From Octopus vulgaris (Eukaryota): a DNA stretch of 64,000 bases. Below are positions 44,391 to 59,339 of the stretch, piece by piece. A program made the position numbers and the translations under genes. Numbering within the stretch: the stretch's first letter is position 1; each line of letters opens with the position of its first letter. Location: assembly GCA_951406725.2 (NCBI GenBank), contig OX597843.1:19964001-20028000 (forward strand), written 5' to 3'. Under the pieces are notes generated by a model. That model was not told the origin of the DNA. It saw only the letters and a program-made list of their open reading frames with translations, and searched no databases.

Positions 44391-45160
44391 TGTTATATTT
44401 AGGAATAGTCATTTTGCCAGTTTAGCCAATAAAAACACACGCACTATATATTTGGTGTTACTTTGCTTCAGTGTTATTTATTTTTTACATTATTCTTAAT
44501 CTTATTTCGGCCAGAGTTCTTTCGTCACACTCCTGTGACCGCATCAGTGGTCCTTTGTTTTCTTCTTCTTACTTATTCGTGTCTCTCCTTACTAACCGTC
44601 AGCCATTTTGTATTTGTATTGTATGTCTTCATTTGCGCATGCTTATATCTCTATGTGCGTCTATGTTTATTTAGTGTGTGTATGTGGGGGGAGGGGGATG
44701 CCTGTAATATTTGTATCTTCTGTTTATATATGTTCATGTAATTTGTATTTTGTTTTTGTTTATTCTTATTTTGTTCATGTGCTTACATCCACCCATTATT
44801 ATCATTACATACACACACTAAATAAACATAAACGCATATAGAGATATAAGCATGCGCAAATGAAGATATACAATAGAAATACAAAATGGCTGACGGTTAG
44901 TAAGGAGAGTCACAAATAAGTGAGAAGAAAACAAAGGACCACTGATGCGGTCACAGCAGTGTGACGAAAGAACTATGGCCGAAATAAGATTAAGATTAAT
45001 GTAAAAAATAAATAACACAGAAGCAAAGTAACACCAAATATATAGTGCGTGTGTTTTTATTGGCTAAACTGGCAAAATGACCATTCCGAAATATAACAAT
45101 ATCTGTTTCAACACACGACTTCACATAAAAAATCTTGCACAACAAATATTTAAACGTACT
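44388..45160. repeat. Head-to-head inverted pair of pLTRs with no ORF
   Basis: 44388-~44675 is the reverse complement of ~44812-45100; same family as the pLTRs at 40330 and 43054. Confidence 0.85.
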
Positions 45161-45283
45161 ATGTATATATACATATTTACATTTATATTTATATAGATAT
45201 GTATTCACCCATGCACGGGTATACTCATACACACATATATAAAAATACTATCTCTATATATGCATTTATATACACGTAGACAC

Positions 45284-45800
45284 ATCATCATCATTGTTCG
45301 ACCGTGGTCGAGACAATGGAATTTACGACGCTACACCAGTCTTCACGGTCCATCATGGCATTACGGATGTCCTGTTGCTGGATGGCTGGATCCCTGGAGA
45401 ATACATCAGGGTATGTGAGTGTGCGCCCTCTGGTATCGCGAGTAGAAAGCTTCCACAGGAGAAGACTAGTAATTACTTCGTTTTCAGCTCTACAACAATG
45501 TCCAGCAAACTGGACCCTTCTACCTTTCACAAGAGATGACACAGGTGGTAGTTTCCCATATATTTGCATTTTGGTTGGATGGCGCTTCCACGAGAGATTT
45601 TGAGCTCTCATAAGGAGGCAGGTGTAGGTTCCGTCCAACCGCCTCTCAAGCTTCTTTGAGAACGTCCAGGTTTCTGAGCCATATAAGTAGAATTGGTTCG
45701 ACTGTGGCTTTGAATATTTCAAGTTTGAAGTCTCTACTTAGATTTGATGACCAGATCTTATGCATGTCATTACAGACTGACCAGGCCATACCCTTTCTAG
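45284..45800 (-). mobile_element. RTE/RTEX-like LINE 3' end
   Basis: LYGSETWT..RLDGTYT..QFAGHC; (GAT)n tail. Confidence 0.8.
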
Positions 45801-46340
45801 TTAGAAACATACATACACACATACATACATACACACATAGATATATACATATACATACATGCGTATATATATATATATATATTTATATATATAAACCTAT
45901 ATGTATACACATATGCATGTATGCACACATAATATCTACATACACATGTACATGTGCATATATACATATATATATATACACACACGTACATTTATACGGA
46001 TTAATATCCTCCTACAGATCATATGCCCCCACACCCCGCCCATGCACCCACCACCATCATCATCATCACCGCCCAATGTCCATTTTGCATGTGGATGTTA
46101 AACGATGACGATGAGGAAAATTATGGAAGCATTCATAAACATATGGGCACCTATAAGGCAGAAAAATAGCCACGTGTGGGTATGTGTGTGTATATTTACA
46201 TATTTACACATATATATCCACACACACATGTATACGCACATGTATGCACCCATATACATGTGCATGTATCGCATCTGTATATTTACATATAATGTACCAA
46301 TGATCTCAGACATATACAAATATATATATATATACACGTT

Positions 46341-46379
<39 letters not shown>

Positions 46380-46385
46380 TGTGTC

Positions 46386-46423
<38 letters not shown>

Positions 46424-46684
46424 TGCATCAGCTAGCAAAATCGTTAGCGCTCCAAGTAAATGTCTTAGCAAAATTTCGTTCGTCTTTAATTTCTGCGTTC
46501 AAATTCCGCCGAAAATGTGTAGAAAATAATGGAGAATTAACAAAAATCAAGAAAGACGAAAAAATCTCAGCAAAAAATTAATTAAAGGGTTATATAATGA
46601 GACAGAATGTGTGTATGTAAGTATGTATGTATGTATGTATGTATGTATGTATGTATGTATGTATGTATGTATGTATGTATTATG

Positions 46685-46718
<34 letters not shown>

Positions 46719-46794
46719 TGTATGTATGTATGCATGCATATACGTGTATACATGCACACATACAAACAGACAAACAGATTGCTGAAATCTATAA

Positions 46795-46831
<37 letters not shown>

Positions 46832-47239
46832 ATTTTCTCTTATTCCTTTCAGTTGCAGAGCGTAGGCTAAAAACGTAAAAGACATTTTCAATGCACTTGC
46901 TTGTTTTTCGTACACCTGTTTTTGTCTTGACTTTTCTAAGAACGACAGCTATATATATATATATATATTGTTAGATAGATAGATAGATAGATAGACAGAC
47001 AGAAGGGTCGATAGATACATAGATAGATAGATACATACATACATAGATAGATAGTTAGATAGAAAGATAAATATACATATATTTATATATATATATATAT
47101 ATATATTTGTATATATGTATGTAGGAAGAGAGAGAGGGGAAGAGAGAAATAAATAAATCATATATACGTGTGTGTATAAATATAAATATTAAATCTTCAA
47201 AGAAAAGTAACAAAAATTGTTTTACCTCTATAACACCGG

Positions 47240-47457
47240 ATCCAGATATGTCTTCAGTTTACAGAAGTTAAATAAGTTTTATCATCCACTTATCTGAATA
47301 TTCTATTGCCTCATATAAATTATTGTCACACAGTGAAGCTGGTATCCAAATATGTCTTCAGTTTTAATTTTTTACAGAACTTAAATAAGTTTTATCCACT
47401 TATCTGAATATTCTATTGCCTCATATAAGTTATTGTCACACAGTGAAGCTGGTATCC
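47240..47457 (+). repeat. ~105-113-bp tandem duplication
   Basis: atcca.atatgtcttcagttt...cacagtgaagctggtatcc occurs twice. Confidence 0.9.
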
Positions 47458-47559
47458 TATAAGCTTACTGAATTTTAATAACACATCAAGTGCTTTAATA
47501 ATGCTCCAAGTATTTTTTTAATGTGAGTGGTAGTACTTTCTGTTGATGTATATTATTGG

Positions 47560-47762
47560 TTGTACGTCTTTAATGTCCGGGAAATAAATCCGCTTCCCAG
47601 ATCTTCACCATTCTTACACGTCAGGTATCGGTCGCAGGGCAACATGAGATGAAACATTTTACTAAAGGACATAATACACCTCCTCCCGTTCCACAATTGA
47701 AACCACGACTTCGTTATCGTGAGTACAGCACATTTAACCATGAGATCAAGTCCACTCGACGC
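47560..47762 (-). mobile_element. Decayed tRNA-derived SINE
   Basis: Minus strand tggttaaatgtgct..gtggtttcaatt..tgtcctttagtaaaat (eroded A/B box and CORE-like region). Confidence 0.4.
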
Positions 47763-48369
47763 TATTTATATTACCAAAATGATATTTGTAATATAAAGTC
47801 CGGTTAACATTTCAGAAACCATTTACTGAAAAAAAGTGTTAGTGTTTTATCGATTATTGGGATGGCTATATCTGCTCAAAGACATGGCCTCATCTCTCAA
47901 GTTACTAAAATGCAAACCCAACGAATTTTCCTCGTTTCCCAGAAACGATTTAAAAGTTGGTTATAAGTGATATTTGTTGTTTACTGATGGCGCTTCCGTC
48001 GTAATCATCTTGTTGATTTACTTATATATTCCATTGTGTGTTGTGTCATTTTCTGACTTAAGACGATAGAGTGTGAGACAATGGAAGTTGGCTATTATTA
48101 CTTAACATTTCGAGCGGCAACGTATATCATTGTCACAAATACTCACTGTTGCGCAAATGCTAAAGTGATGAACATTCATTAGTCTTGAGACCCATATCTA
48201 CAATAATTATTGTAATACACCACATGATGTAGATGTTAATTTTCACCAGATTTTTGCAATGTTTTAGATTTTTGTAACATTTTTTTACAACTGTCTGATA
48301 ATAATGACACATACTTGCCCAACTGCATCAATAAATTAACATTGATTTTTTTTCTCACCGTTGTTAGAA

Positions 48370-49460
48370 TTATATGAACTGGAACTGTCAAAGAGCGATA
48401 TTCGAGTAATTTTGCTATTCAACTTCAAAAAAAGGATGTAAAGTAGCTGAAACTGTTCGAGATATCAACGAAACTTTGTGTGAGGAAATGACCAGTGAAT
48501 GGTCAGCTCGAAAATGGTTTAAACGATTTTCCAGTTGAGGCCTGAGCTTTGAAAATCATGAGCATAGTGGACACCCATCTTTCATTGATGACAGCTCAGT
48601 CACTTAAAGACCATCATTAAGAAAGATCCACGTAAAAGCAGACGAGAATTCGCAAAAGACCTTCAAGTTAGCCAGAAAACGGCATGCAACCGTTTTCATG
48701 CGAACGGAAAATCAAAAGAGTTCGGCAATTGAGTACTACATGATTTGAATGAAAATTAGAAAATGCGCAGATATGAAATTTGCTTGTCGCTTCTTCTCCG
48801 TAACTTGCGATGAAAAGTGGATTCTGTACAATAATAAAAATCATATTTCGCAGTGTTTGGATCAAAATGAAGAACCTAAAATCTTCCCTCACCCCAAGGT
48901 CTTTAAAAAGAATGTTATGGTGACTGTCTGGTGGTGTACTGCTGGACTTATTCACTATAACTTCTTAAAACCCGGAAAACCTATTACTGCAGAAATATAG
49001 CGTCATGAAATTGCCAAAATGAACGAAAGATTGCTACTCTTCCGTCCCAGACAGTTCAACAGATGAGAGCCAATCGTTCTTCATGACAATGCTCGACTAC
49101 ACGTTTTACTAATGACGCTCCAGAAGTTGAGGAAAGTTGGCTACGAAGTTCTTCCCCACCCACATTATTCCTCTGACCTTTCTCCAACCGTTTCCCACTG
49201 TTTCAAGCACCTTGATGATTTCTTGCGAGAGAAGAATTTCAAAAATCAAACCGATACTCAAAGTGCGTTCAAAGAGTTCATCAACTCCAGAACTCCAGAC
49301 TTTTATTTGACGGGAATAAACAAACAACTTGTAACTCGTTGGCAGAAATGTGCTGACTGTGATGATACTAACTGTTATAAATAAAATTTTCGCATTGTTG
49401 AAATATATTGTGACGAATTTCGTGTTTCAAAAGGTTGCTAACTTCTTACTCAGCCTGATA
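48370..49460 (+). mobile_element. mariner (D,D34D) transposon, decayed
   Basis: VTCDEKWILY, HDNAR, HPHYSSDLSP; TIR-like end ..ttactcagcctgata. Confidence 0.85.
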
Positions 49461-49519
49461 TATATATATATATATATAATATGTGTGTGTGTGTGTATGT
49501 ATGTGTGTGTGTGTGCGTG

Positions 49520-49554
<35 letters not shown>

Positions 49555-49649
49555 GTATGTGTGTATGTATGTATGTATGTATATATATGTATATATATAT
49601 ATATATATATGTATATGTATGTATTTATATATATATATATATATAAAAC

Positions 49650-49733
49650 GTAAAGTATAGAAGCCATCATATCATGGCTATCCATATAGGGGAGGGGGGT
49701 GTTCGCCATGATATGATGGCTTCTATACTTTAC
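49650..49733. repeat. Perfect 29-bp inverted repeat (26-nt loop) within (TA)n
   Basis: gtaaagtatagaagccatcatatcatggc 49650-49678; its reverse complement 49705-49733. Confidence 0.9.
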
Positions 49734-49780
49734 ATTATCGAGCGATTACTGTTTCGATCTCATTCTGAGATTTAATTATG

Positions 49781-49815
<35 letters not shown>

Positions 49816-49818
<3 letters not shown>

Positions 49819-50300
49819 AAGCCCCAAAAAACAGAACCCGTAAAAAAATGTATTATATACTGCAAATAGCCAACAAATCTTTTGAAATTTACTGGACTTT
49901 AACTTCGGTCTGTGTTCGATTCTTCCCTTTGCATAAAAGTCATGTTCTTTTCAAAATATGCTCCAAATGGCACACTTGCATACATCGTGCAACATTGTTA
50001 AATACTCGGACACATTCCTCTTTGGGGATTTCCCTGATTTCTGCTGTGATTGCTGCCTTCAGTTCCCCAATCGTTTGAAGGTTGTTCTGATAAACATCAT
50101 ACTTGAGATAGGCCCACAAATAAAAAGATTCTGGGGGATTCAAGTCCGCTGAATGCGGTGCCCACTCAACGTCACACTTCCTGCTGATCAGTCTCCCCTG
50201 AAATCGCTCACTCAGCCGGGCTTGGGAGCCATTTGAAGCGTGAGGAGGTGGGTGGCCCCGTCTTGCTTGAACTACTGTTCATCTCGATCTATCGCGAAAT
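49816..50300 (-). mobile_element. Tc1/mariner (DD41D-like) transposase 3' remnant
   Basis: QQDGATH..WAPHSADLNP..YLWAYLK..HLEHIL. Confidence 0.75.
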
Positions 50301-50445
50301 TTGCTGGACCTTTGTATGGTTTAATACAATTTTTATGGGTTCCGTTTTGGCGGGTCGGGTTACCGTTTGTAATCTGTACATGTGAAGAGAAATCTTTCGG
50401 TTTCCTGTACTTTACTTTCATTTTTGGGCCGATTTTTAACTCCAG

Positions 50446-50737
<292 letters not shown>

Positions 50738-50889
50738 AGTGAGGGAGCAGTGCATGCCATGAAATTTTCTTCAGGTCGAGTAACCCATCCTACTCAAAAG
50801 GTCCCTGAATAAGGGTTGTTTAAGGATGATGAACGAAACGCCCATGTTTCCAGAAGTGAATTACTCATTGCCTGGTACTGCATCAGGGC

Positions 50890-50947
<58 letters not shown>

Positions 50948-51502
50948 GAGTGAGAGAGCAGTTCATGCCATCAACGTGACACTGGGGTAAAATATACGAA
51001 GCCCAATATACCCATCATGTCTACCCGTCTGATAAGGTACACCAGGCACATGCATCACAACCATATGTGCGCGACATGGTGATCTCATATCAAGGTAAAC
51101 AGCGCATGACCTTGCAGGTGGGGCCCAGTTAGAATTTTCTTCAGGTCGAGTAGCCCATCCCGCTCAAAAGGTCCCTGAATAAGGGTTGTTTAAGGATGTT
51201 GAAAGAACCACCCATGTTTCCAAAGGTGAATTATTCAAACCCCAAAGAATCCCTCTCAACACATGGCTATGATGCTCCCCCACTACTTCTGCTCGTGATC
51301 AGAGATGCACATATCGTCAGCCACCAAGGGACATGCTCAACTGGTTACGGTCAAACAACTGACAAGCAAATCTGTGGTATTGAGCAGAATATTTGCTGTA
51401 GCCCATCTTTTATACCAAGATAAAACAATGTACATGATAACACTTCCACTCAGTTAAGATCAGAAGCCATGAGAGCCACTGCTTGGTACTGCCTCAGGAC
51501 AT
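50738..51502. mobile_element. Non-coding element in (ATT)n: full copy 50948-51502 and internally deleted copy 50738-50897
   Basis: Both begin gagtgag.gagcagt.catgccat and end ggtactgc.tcagg.cattt; (ATT)n flanks. Confidence 0.65.
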
Positions 51503-51542
51503 TTATTATTATTATTATTATTAACATTATTATTATCATTAA

Positions 51543-51627
<85 letters not shown>

Positions 51628-51689
51628 GTTATTATCACCATCATCATCACCATCATCATCATTATTACTATTACAGTGGGGAGCTGCTA

Positions 51690-52340
51690 GAATCGTTACC
51701 ACGGCTGACAAAATATTTGTACTGTTTGTCAAGTCACAGCAAGGACCTCAGGCAGACAGTACTTTACGCAATATGCGTGCAGTTTCAAGCAATGCCGACC
51801 TTTGAAATTCCTTTAGATTATAGTGTATCTCTAAAGTTTTCAGATGTTTCTTCAGATTGGTTGGTATTGAACCCAATGCTCCGATGACAATAGGGATAAC
51901 TTTTATATTTCACTCTCGTAGCTGCCACATCTTAGAGATCTCAATTCTCCATATTTATCAACCTCTTCTCTATATTTCATCTTAATCAGTTGATCTCCTG
52001 GCACTGCCACGCCAATCCTTAGGCACTCTTGTTTGTCCCTCCTAAAGGTTACTATATACGGTCTTTGATGCTCTAACACTCTGTCTGTTTGGAAGTCAAA
52101 GTCCCAAAGGATTTTTGCCTTCCCCTTTTCGTTCATTACCTTTTCCGGTGTATGTTGGTACCAAGCACCCGCAGCCTCATATCCATACTTTACGGCAGAG
52201 TAGAGAATGGACGCTTTGGGCTATCTTGTCGTGCCTTCGCTTCTATTCTTTCTGCACAAGATTTCCACAAGCACTAACAATGTAATGCTATCAACCCTTT
52301 TCCCACACATTCTGCTGGGGTCCGATGCACTTGTGTGTAT
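51690..52340 (-). mobile_element. R4/Dong-clade non-LTR 3' end (restriction-like endonuclease)
   Basis: KILWDFDFQTD..RP..VAVPGD..DKY, VIPIVIGALG, ILRKVL; flanked by (TAA)n-type tracts. Confidence 0.8.
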
Positions 52341-52346
52341 ATTATT

Positions 52347-52391
<45 letters not shown>

Positions 52392-52499
52392 TTCATCATC
52401 ATCCTCATCATTATTATCGTTGTTATTATTATTATTATTGTTATCATCATCATCATCATCATCATAATCATCATCATCATTATCATCATCATCATTATC

Positions 52500-52606
<107 letters not shown>

Positions 52607-52607
52607 T

Positions 52608-52825
52608 AAGGCAGCGAGCTGGAAGAATTGTTAGCACGCTGGGCAAAATGGTTAGCGGCATTTCCTCCATCTTTACGTTCTGAGTTCAAATTCCACCGAT
52701 GTCGGCTTTGCCTTTCATCCTCTCCAGGTCAATAAATTAAGTACCAGTTGAAAACTGGGGTTGATGTAATGAATTAGTCCCCTCCCCCAACACTTTCAAC
52801 CCCAGTGCCCTTAATAGAAAGGATT
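52608..52825 (+). mobile_element. tRNA-related SINE with Nin/Deu-like core
   Basis: gagttcaaattcc B box, gcctttcatcc..ggtcaataaattaagtaccag; related head fragment ~46428-46511. Confidence 0.7.
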
Positions 52826-53354
52826 ATTATTATGAATTTATTTGTCAGATTCCTTCCTCACAAATTCTATGAACTCTCCGTCATGCTCCACATGTTTCCT
52901 CTTGTCCTGCCCATTCCGCCTTAAGCATTATATTTAGAATCTACTTATCTACTCTTTGTCAAGAGCATTGTTTATCAAATAATTTATACTGGGAACGATT
53001 GTACATATATCCCTGGTTAAAACGGAACTTCCCACTTGGTGCAGCTACATATTTTAGTAAGTGTTTGCAAGTGCTGTGATACTTGTGAAGCTTATTTTCT
53101 ACGATGCAAATCTCTCGTTTTGACAAATTGCAAGAAAAATTTGGGCAAAAGGGTGCAGGTGAAGTGGGTAGCGTTGGTCGGAGGGTGACTCTATGGGTGA
53201 GGAGAGGAGGAAAGACAAATGATATGTGTGTCTGTTTGTGTACATACATACTTATATATGTGTCTATATATCTATCTATATATATATTTATCTATCTATA
53301 CCCCTTTTTATCTGTTTACCTATCTAATTATCACACACGCTCTCTCTCTCTCTT

Positions 53355-53422
<68 letters not shown>

Positions 53423-53611
53423 TGTGTGTGTGTGTGACTGTGTGTGTGTGTGTCTGTGTGTGTGTGTATGTATGTATATAGCCACATCTGGAAATGTATT
53501 TGGACATGAAATGTAAAAGCCGGACTAGACTATTTTATGCGCAACTCCATTGTCTCCCGAGACAAAAGGATGCCAACTATATATATGTATATATATATAT
53601 ATATATATATG

Positions 53612-54579
<968 letters not shown>

Positions 54580-54649
54580 TCACTGTTTATATCCTCATAT
54601 TATTTTCTGGTGAACAACGTAGGCTCGAAACTTAGAAGACTTTCTCACA

Positions 54650-55450
54650 TTCCCGAACACATGAAGACGCAGTGCCCAAAGCAGGAGCCTCTTCAGAGTG
54701 AGAAGGCTGTGGAAAGGGACCAAGGAGAAGTGGATATAGTAATAGCAATGGAAGCAATAAAAGACGGAGACTGCAAAGCGATGTAGAATGCACCAGGGAT
54801 ACGGAAGAGGTGGAGCCGAAGAAAGACAGAACGAAAGCGGCAAAGGAGGGGAGTGACAGGTTTGTCAGGCCCAAAGGCGAGATCAAGAGAACACTCGGAA
54901 GGACCAACAGCAGAAGCAGAGAGGACGCCCAAGAAAGGTGGGGAGCCCAGGAAGTGAATGTACATTCATGACATATCACCAAAAGGATGTAGATGTGGAA
55001 AGGAGGATTTCCAAGCGGAAAGGATTAATAAGGGTGAAACTGCCCAGAGAGGATTTCAAGGAAGAAGAAAAAATTTCATATAGGAGGTATATAACTTCAC
55101 CTGGCGGGCCAGTATGGTTTGATGCCCTACCACTTGTAATTGAACTTAAAGAGTTAAAAACTTTAAATATGAACAATATAAAAACATTATTATGCGAACC
55201 TTTTAAATTATAAAAAAGGAGAAAGAAGAGGAAAAATCTGTCCAAAATAATGTCTAAATGTAACCACTCGACTTCGGGGGTCGAGTGGGCATTGCGCCTA
55301 TTTTATCCTTTTTATATTTTCATTCGTTCTTTTTATTTTTTCTTCCTTACTAGATTTCTTTATGTATTTTTATTTCCCCGATTATGTGTTTTGTATTGTT
55401 TTTGTTATGTATAATATCTATTTTTAGTCCCTTGTGGGTAATAAAAAATT
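54650..55450 (+). mobile_element. ORF1-only (HAL1-like) element, 3' half
   Basis: HMKTQCP knuckle end, charged linker, FMTY..VERRI..IRVKL..FDALPLVIELKEL; hairpin 55264-55288; cccttgtgggtAATAAA end. Confidence 0.55.
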
Positions 55451-55740
55451 AAGGACGTTAGTGTTGCCTTGGTGGAGGTTTGCACTCTCTGAGTGCTCTT
55501 GTTATTTTTAATTTATACCTTCACCTTTTATGAAATCAGTTTATGATTTCTACGGTCATCTTATAAGCTGACAAGTCGAGTTGAGTTTATCTCAAGGCGC
55601 CGATGAGAGCCACTGACAACCGTCAATGTAAACGCGAATTCACTAGTGATCTGGTTAAGCCTACCTATCAGTCTTTATATCTCTATATCTGTCTTTCTGT
55701 TTGCTTCTCTATCTCTGTCTCTCTTTCTCTCTCCCTCTCG

Positions 55741-55781
<41 letters not shown>

Positions 55782-55783
<2 letters not shown>

Positions 55784-56950
55784 TGGCGCGTGCTCCAGCT
55801 ACGCAAGTGATGCATTGCTTGACCACCCATTTTTTTATATATAAATCAAAAATAGATTTAGCCGCTTAATTTATTTGTATCTATGTCGAAAAGTTGCCAA
55901 AATCATTGAAAACGAAACTAATTAGTTAATTTGCTTCGAAGAAGACTGTCAGATTCAATATCAATATAGAATTATTTGGATTATTGAAGACAGCGCTACC
56001 TGACCTCATTTCCCATCCCGTTAAAAATATATTCAAAATCATGCAATGTTGGAAATGCATGATGCTCTTTCGTCTTGGGTCTCCTTTCTCTATCTGTCAA
56101 TTCCTCTCTCTGCTCTTTGTCAGTTCTTTGTAAATGGTGTCACTATAGACTGACCTCATGGTCAAATGGAATTTAACTGTTCGATCTCAGTCAAAAGGCA
56201 CCAATAAAAGCCCTTTCAAAATTCTTTGTCAATCAAACTGGTTCTGTCATTCAAATTACTCGTACCAAAATTTTGCCAAACAGAACAAAATTATTTATTT
56301 TTCTCTTTGATATTCAATGTTCATTGTTACATTTGCCCTATGTAAGTTGGAATGTCTCCCTTTTGGCAGGGATCTTTCGTTGCTTCGTGGATATGTAAGA
56401 TTATCTTCCGTTTTATTAAAATTGCTTCTCAATTCACACACGCGTGCACACACCCATACACACTCAATCACACACATACGCATGCACACGCACAATACAC
56501 ACACACACACACACACACATGATTACAGAGTGAACTATGCAAGATTTCAAAGAGCAAAGTGTGATTAATATAATGCATTAAGTTTACATCAGTGATTTGA
56601 TGGAATCTATACCAAAACTCTTCCATTTTTGCAACCTTATTTTGACAATTCCATTTATAACTGCCTCTGTTGAGCGATCCTACCCTGTTCGGCATTGTAA
56701 AGAATTAAAACTTACCAAAGAAATACAACAGGAGAGAAGAGACTTTCAGGACTGGTTCTTATGTCAATTGAAAAAAGATTTACTTCAACAACGGATTAAA
56801 GCAGAACATTTCTGAGAAGAATGAAATAAATATATTTGCCATGAAAGATCGAAGAACTGAATTAATATATAAATGAGTATGTAAATAATTTTTTGTACAT
56901 CTTTTTTAAAAGATTAAACGCGTTTATACAGCGACCCCCATTACCATGTT
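55782..56950 (+). mobile_element. hAT (Tip100-like) remnant
   Basis: ILTIPFITASVERS / RIKTYQRNTTGEKRLSGLVLMSIEK dimerisation domain 56630-56775; cagtggcg terminus. Confidence 0.65.
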
Positions 56951-57010
56951 ACGAAAGTAATTTGGTTCTCTTAAACAATTTGATAAATGAATCAGCTCAG
57001 CCAATAAGTA

Positions 57011-58218
57011 CGAGGGTGAACTGAAAGGTTCGTCGGCTGACTATCAAGGAGTGATGCTAGAAATCTTGCATGCATTCATTTCACCTCAACATATTCATAA
57101 CTGACATCTGACTGTTGAAAGAAGACTTTAGAAGTAACTAGTAGCAACGCCACTTGAAAAGAAGCAAAATTTGGCATCGTGGCGTATTCAAGTACCTTCA
57201 CAAAAAAGGATTTAGCCCTTGAAGACGTTCATGCTGAGATAATTGCTACATTAGGGGATGATGCTTCAGCTTTATCAACAGTGCAAAAGGGGACAGATTA
57301 ATTTTGGAGGGCAAGGGGAAGTCTTGAATATGATCCAATGTCTGGATGTCCTACAACAGCCACCAAAGAGGAAAACATTGGTCATGTTCACTATATGTTG
57401 ATGGAATACAGATGTTTGACTATAAGTCAAATAGACAATGTTATAAGCATATCTCGTGAGAGAGGTGAGGATATTTGGCACAATGAACTTGGCGTGACAA
57501 AGCCTTATGCTCGGTGTGAACCACGTCTTTTGACGCTCCAGGTTGATCACATGACGGGATAATCTGGCATTTTTTGAGGCAGATCCATCTGATCTTTTTG
57601 AACGTTTCCTAACCCATGATAAGCGTTAGGTTAATCCCTTTAAACTAGAGATAAAGAGACAATCCATGCAGTGGAAACATCTCTCTTCATCTGCTCGAAA
57701 GGAAATCAGGGTCGTTTCATTTGCAGGGATGGTGAGGACCTCAGTTATTTGGTATGTAAAAGGCATTGTGTTTATTATCTTCAGAAGGGCCACATCATCA
57801 ACGGAGAGCAGTATGCCAACTTTCTGAAGCAGTTACAAAAATCCCAAGAAAACTGAAGAAAAGGGTCTTCTTTTGTCAGGAGAATATCCAGTAATGACTG
57901 GTATGCGTGACTGTAGTTTTGCATTAGTTGGTCACTGTCGCTATTCTCCTGACTTGGCCCCATCTGACTATTATCTGTTCCCCATCATGAAAAGCACTTG
58001 GCTGGGAACCAGTATCGCAGTGATGATGAGGCCATATCTGCTGCCGATGATATTTTTGCCCAACAGGATGAAAGCTTCTTCATCAATGGGATCAAAGCAC
58101 TGCAACACCTGTGGAAGAAGCACCTGAGACATGAGTGGGGACTCTATTAAAAATAAAACTCATATGATCACATGGGAGCATTTAGATCAGCCTGTAAACC
58201 ATTCAGCTGACCGTCGTG
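57011..58218 (+). mobile_element. mariner transposon, decayed
   Basis: Imperfect TIRs (acgagggtgaactgaaagg / ccattcagctgaccgtcgt), YSPDLAPSDYYLFP. Confidence 0.85.
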
Positions 58219-58238
58219 GTTACTGCATGATATATACT

Positions 58239-58279
<41 letters not shown>

Positions 58280-58282
<3 letters not shown>

Positions 58283-58665
58283 TTGCCCCCATAGCAGCAA
58301 GGTCTAGAGAGGAATCCTGACGATTGGGCTACCCAGGACTTTCTTATTTGTAGCCCATGCCTGCGCAAAACTGGAGAGGACACTTCATTGCTGCTGTAAA
58401 AAGCTGCAGAAAAAACACGGGAGGTAACAATCACGAGTGATAAGTCCGTTCAGATTGGCGTTAAATATGGGCGCTACGGGTTACCTCTGACGGTGGCAGA
58501 GACCTCCGTGTCCTATTGATTAGCTACTGCACAGCTTGAGATGGGCAGCCCCCCAGTTAATAAGGTGCAGACCCGCCACAGGCCGCCTGCTTCATTGGGT
58601 GCTTGGAGCTAAGAGTTTGACTTGAAAAGTGGCCTACAACCTCTACACCAGGCAAACAACTAAAA
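58280..58665 (+). mobile_element. RTE 5'UTR fragment
   Basis: 58437-58665 matches 7079-7308. Confidence 0.8.
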
Positions 58666-58679
58666 TATATATATGCCGG

Positions 58680-58875
58680 TCTATCAAACTATGAATTTGC
58701 TTATCTATCAACATATAGCGTAGGCCTTTCTTCTTTCTGTGGCTGTCTTCAGTTATGCCTTTATTGATCATTAGTTGACCTTTACAGCCATATGAGCCTT
58801 TGCGGCCTCCTTTCTGCTCTTCAGGAAACAGGTTGTTTTCGTCCAGGTGCTAGTTTAATCTTTGTGATATTACTG
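58680..58875 (-). mobile_element. R4/Dong RT fragment
   Basis: Minus strand LFPEEQKGGRKGSYGCKGQLMINK next to (TAA)n 58900-59050. Confidence 0.65.
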
Positions 58876-58912
58876 CAGTGAATGCTTTGTACATTGTTTA
58901 TCATTATTATTA

Positions 58913-59051
<139 letters not shown>

Positions 59052-59339
59052 CGTTGTTGTTGCTGTTGTTGTTGTTCACTCTGGAATACATAGGACGTGT
59101 TTTCAAGCGCTTCCGGTTTGTACAGCTTAAACCATTTATTTACACCGGTTTGGTGCTTTTTTGCATTACTTATTTTATTCCAAGTTGTTAATAGAATCAC
59201 CAGGAACCTGTTACTGTTTTTCAGCAGCTCAAAAGAATGGAGGAGCACATCTTGAAAGAGTTGAGAAAAAAGAAAATTGCCCTTCCTACGAATCTGGTGA
59301 CTGCTGAAGATTTTCCTCTCCTTCCTTCCGTTACTGGCA

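Noticed and set aside
58280-58620. HDV-like ribozyme in RTE 5'UTR
   Set aside because: Could not build the P1-P4 nested pseudoknot by eye; needs an RNAbob/Infernal search.
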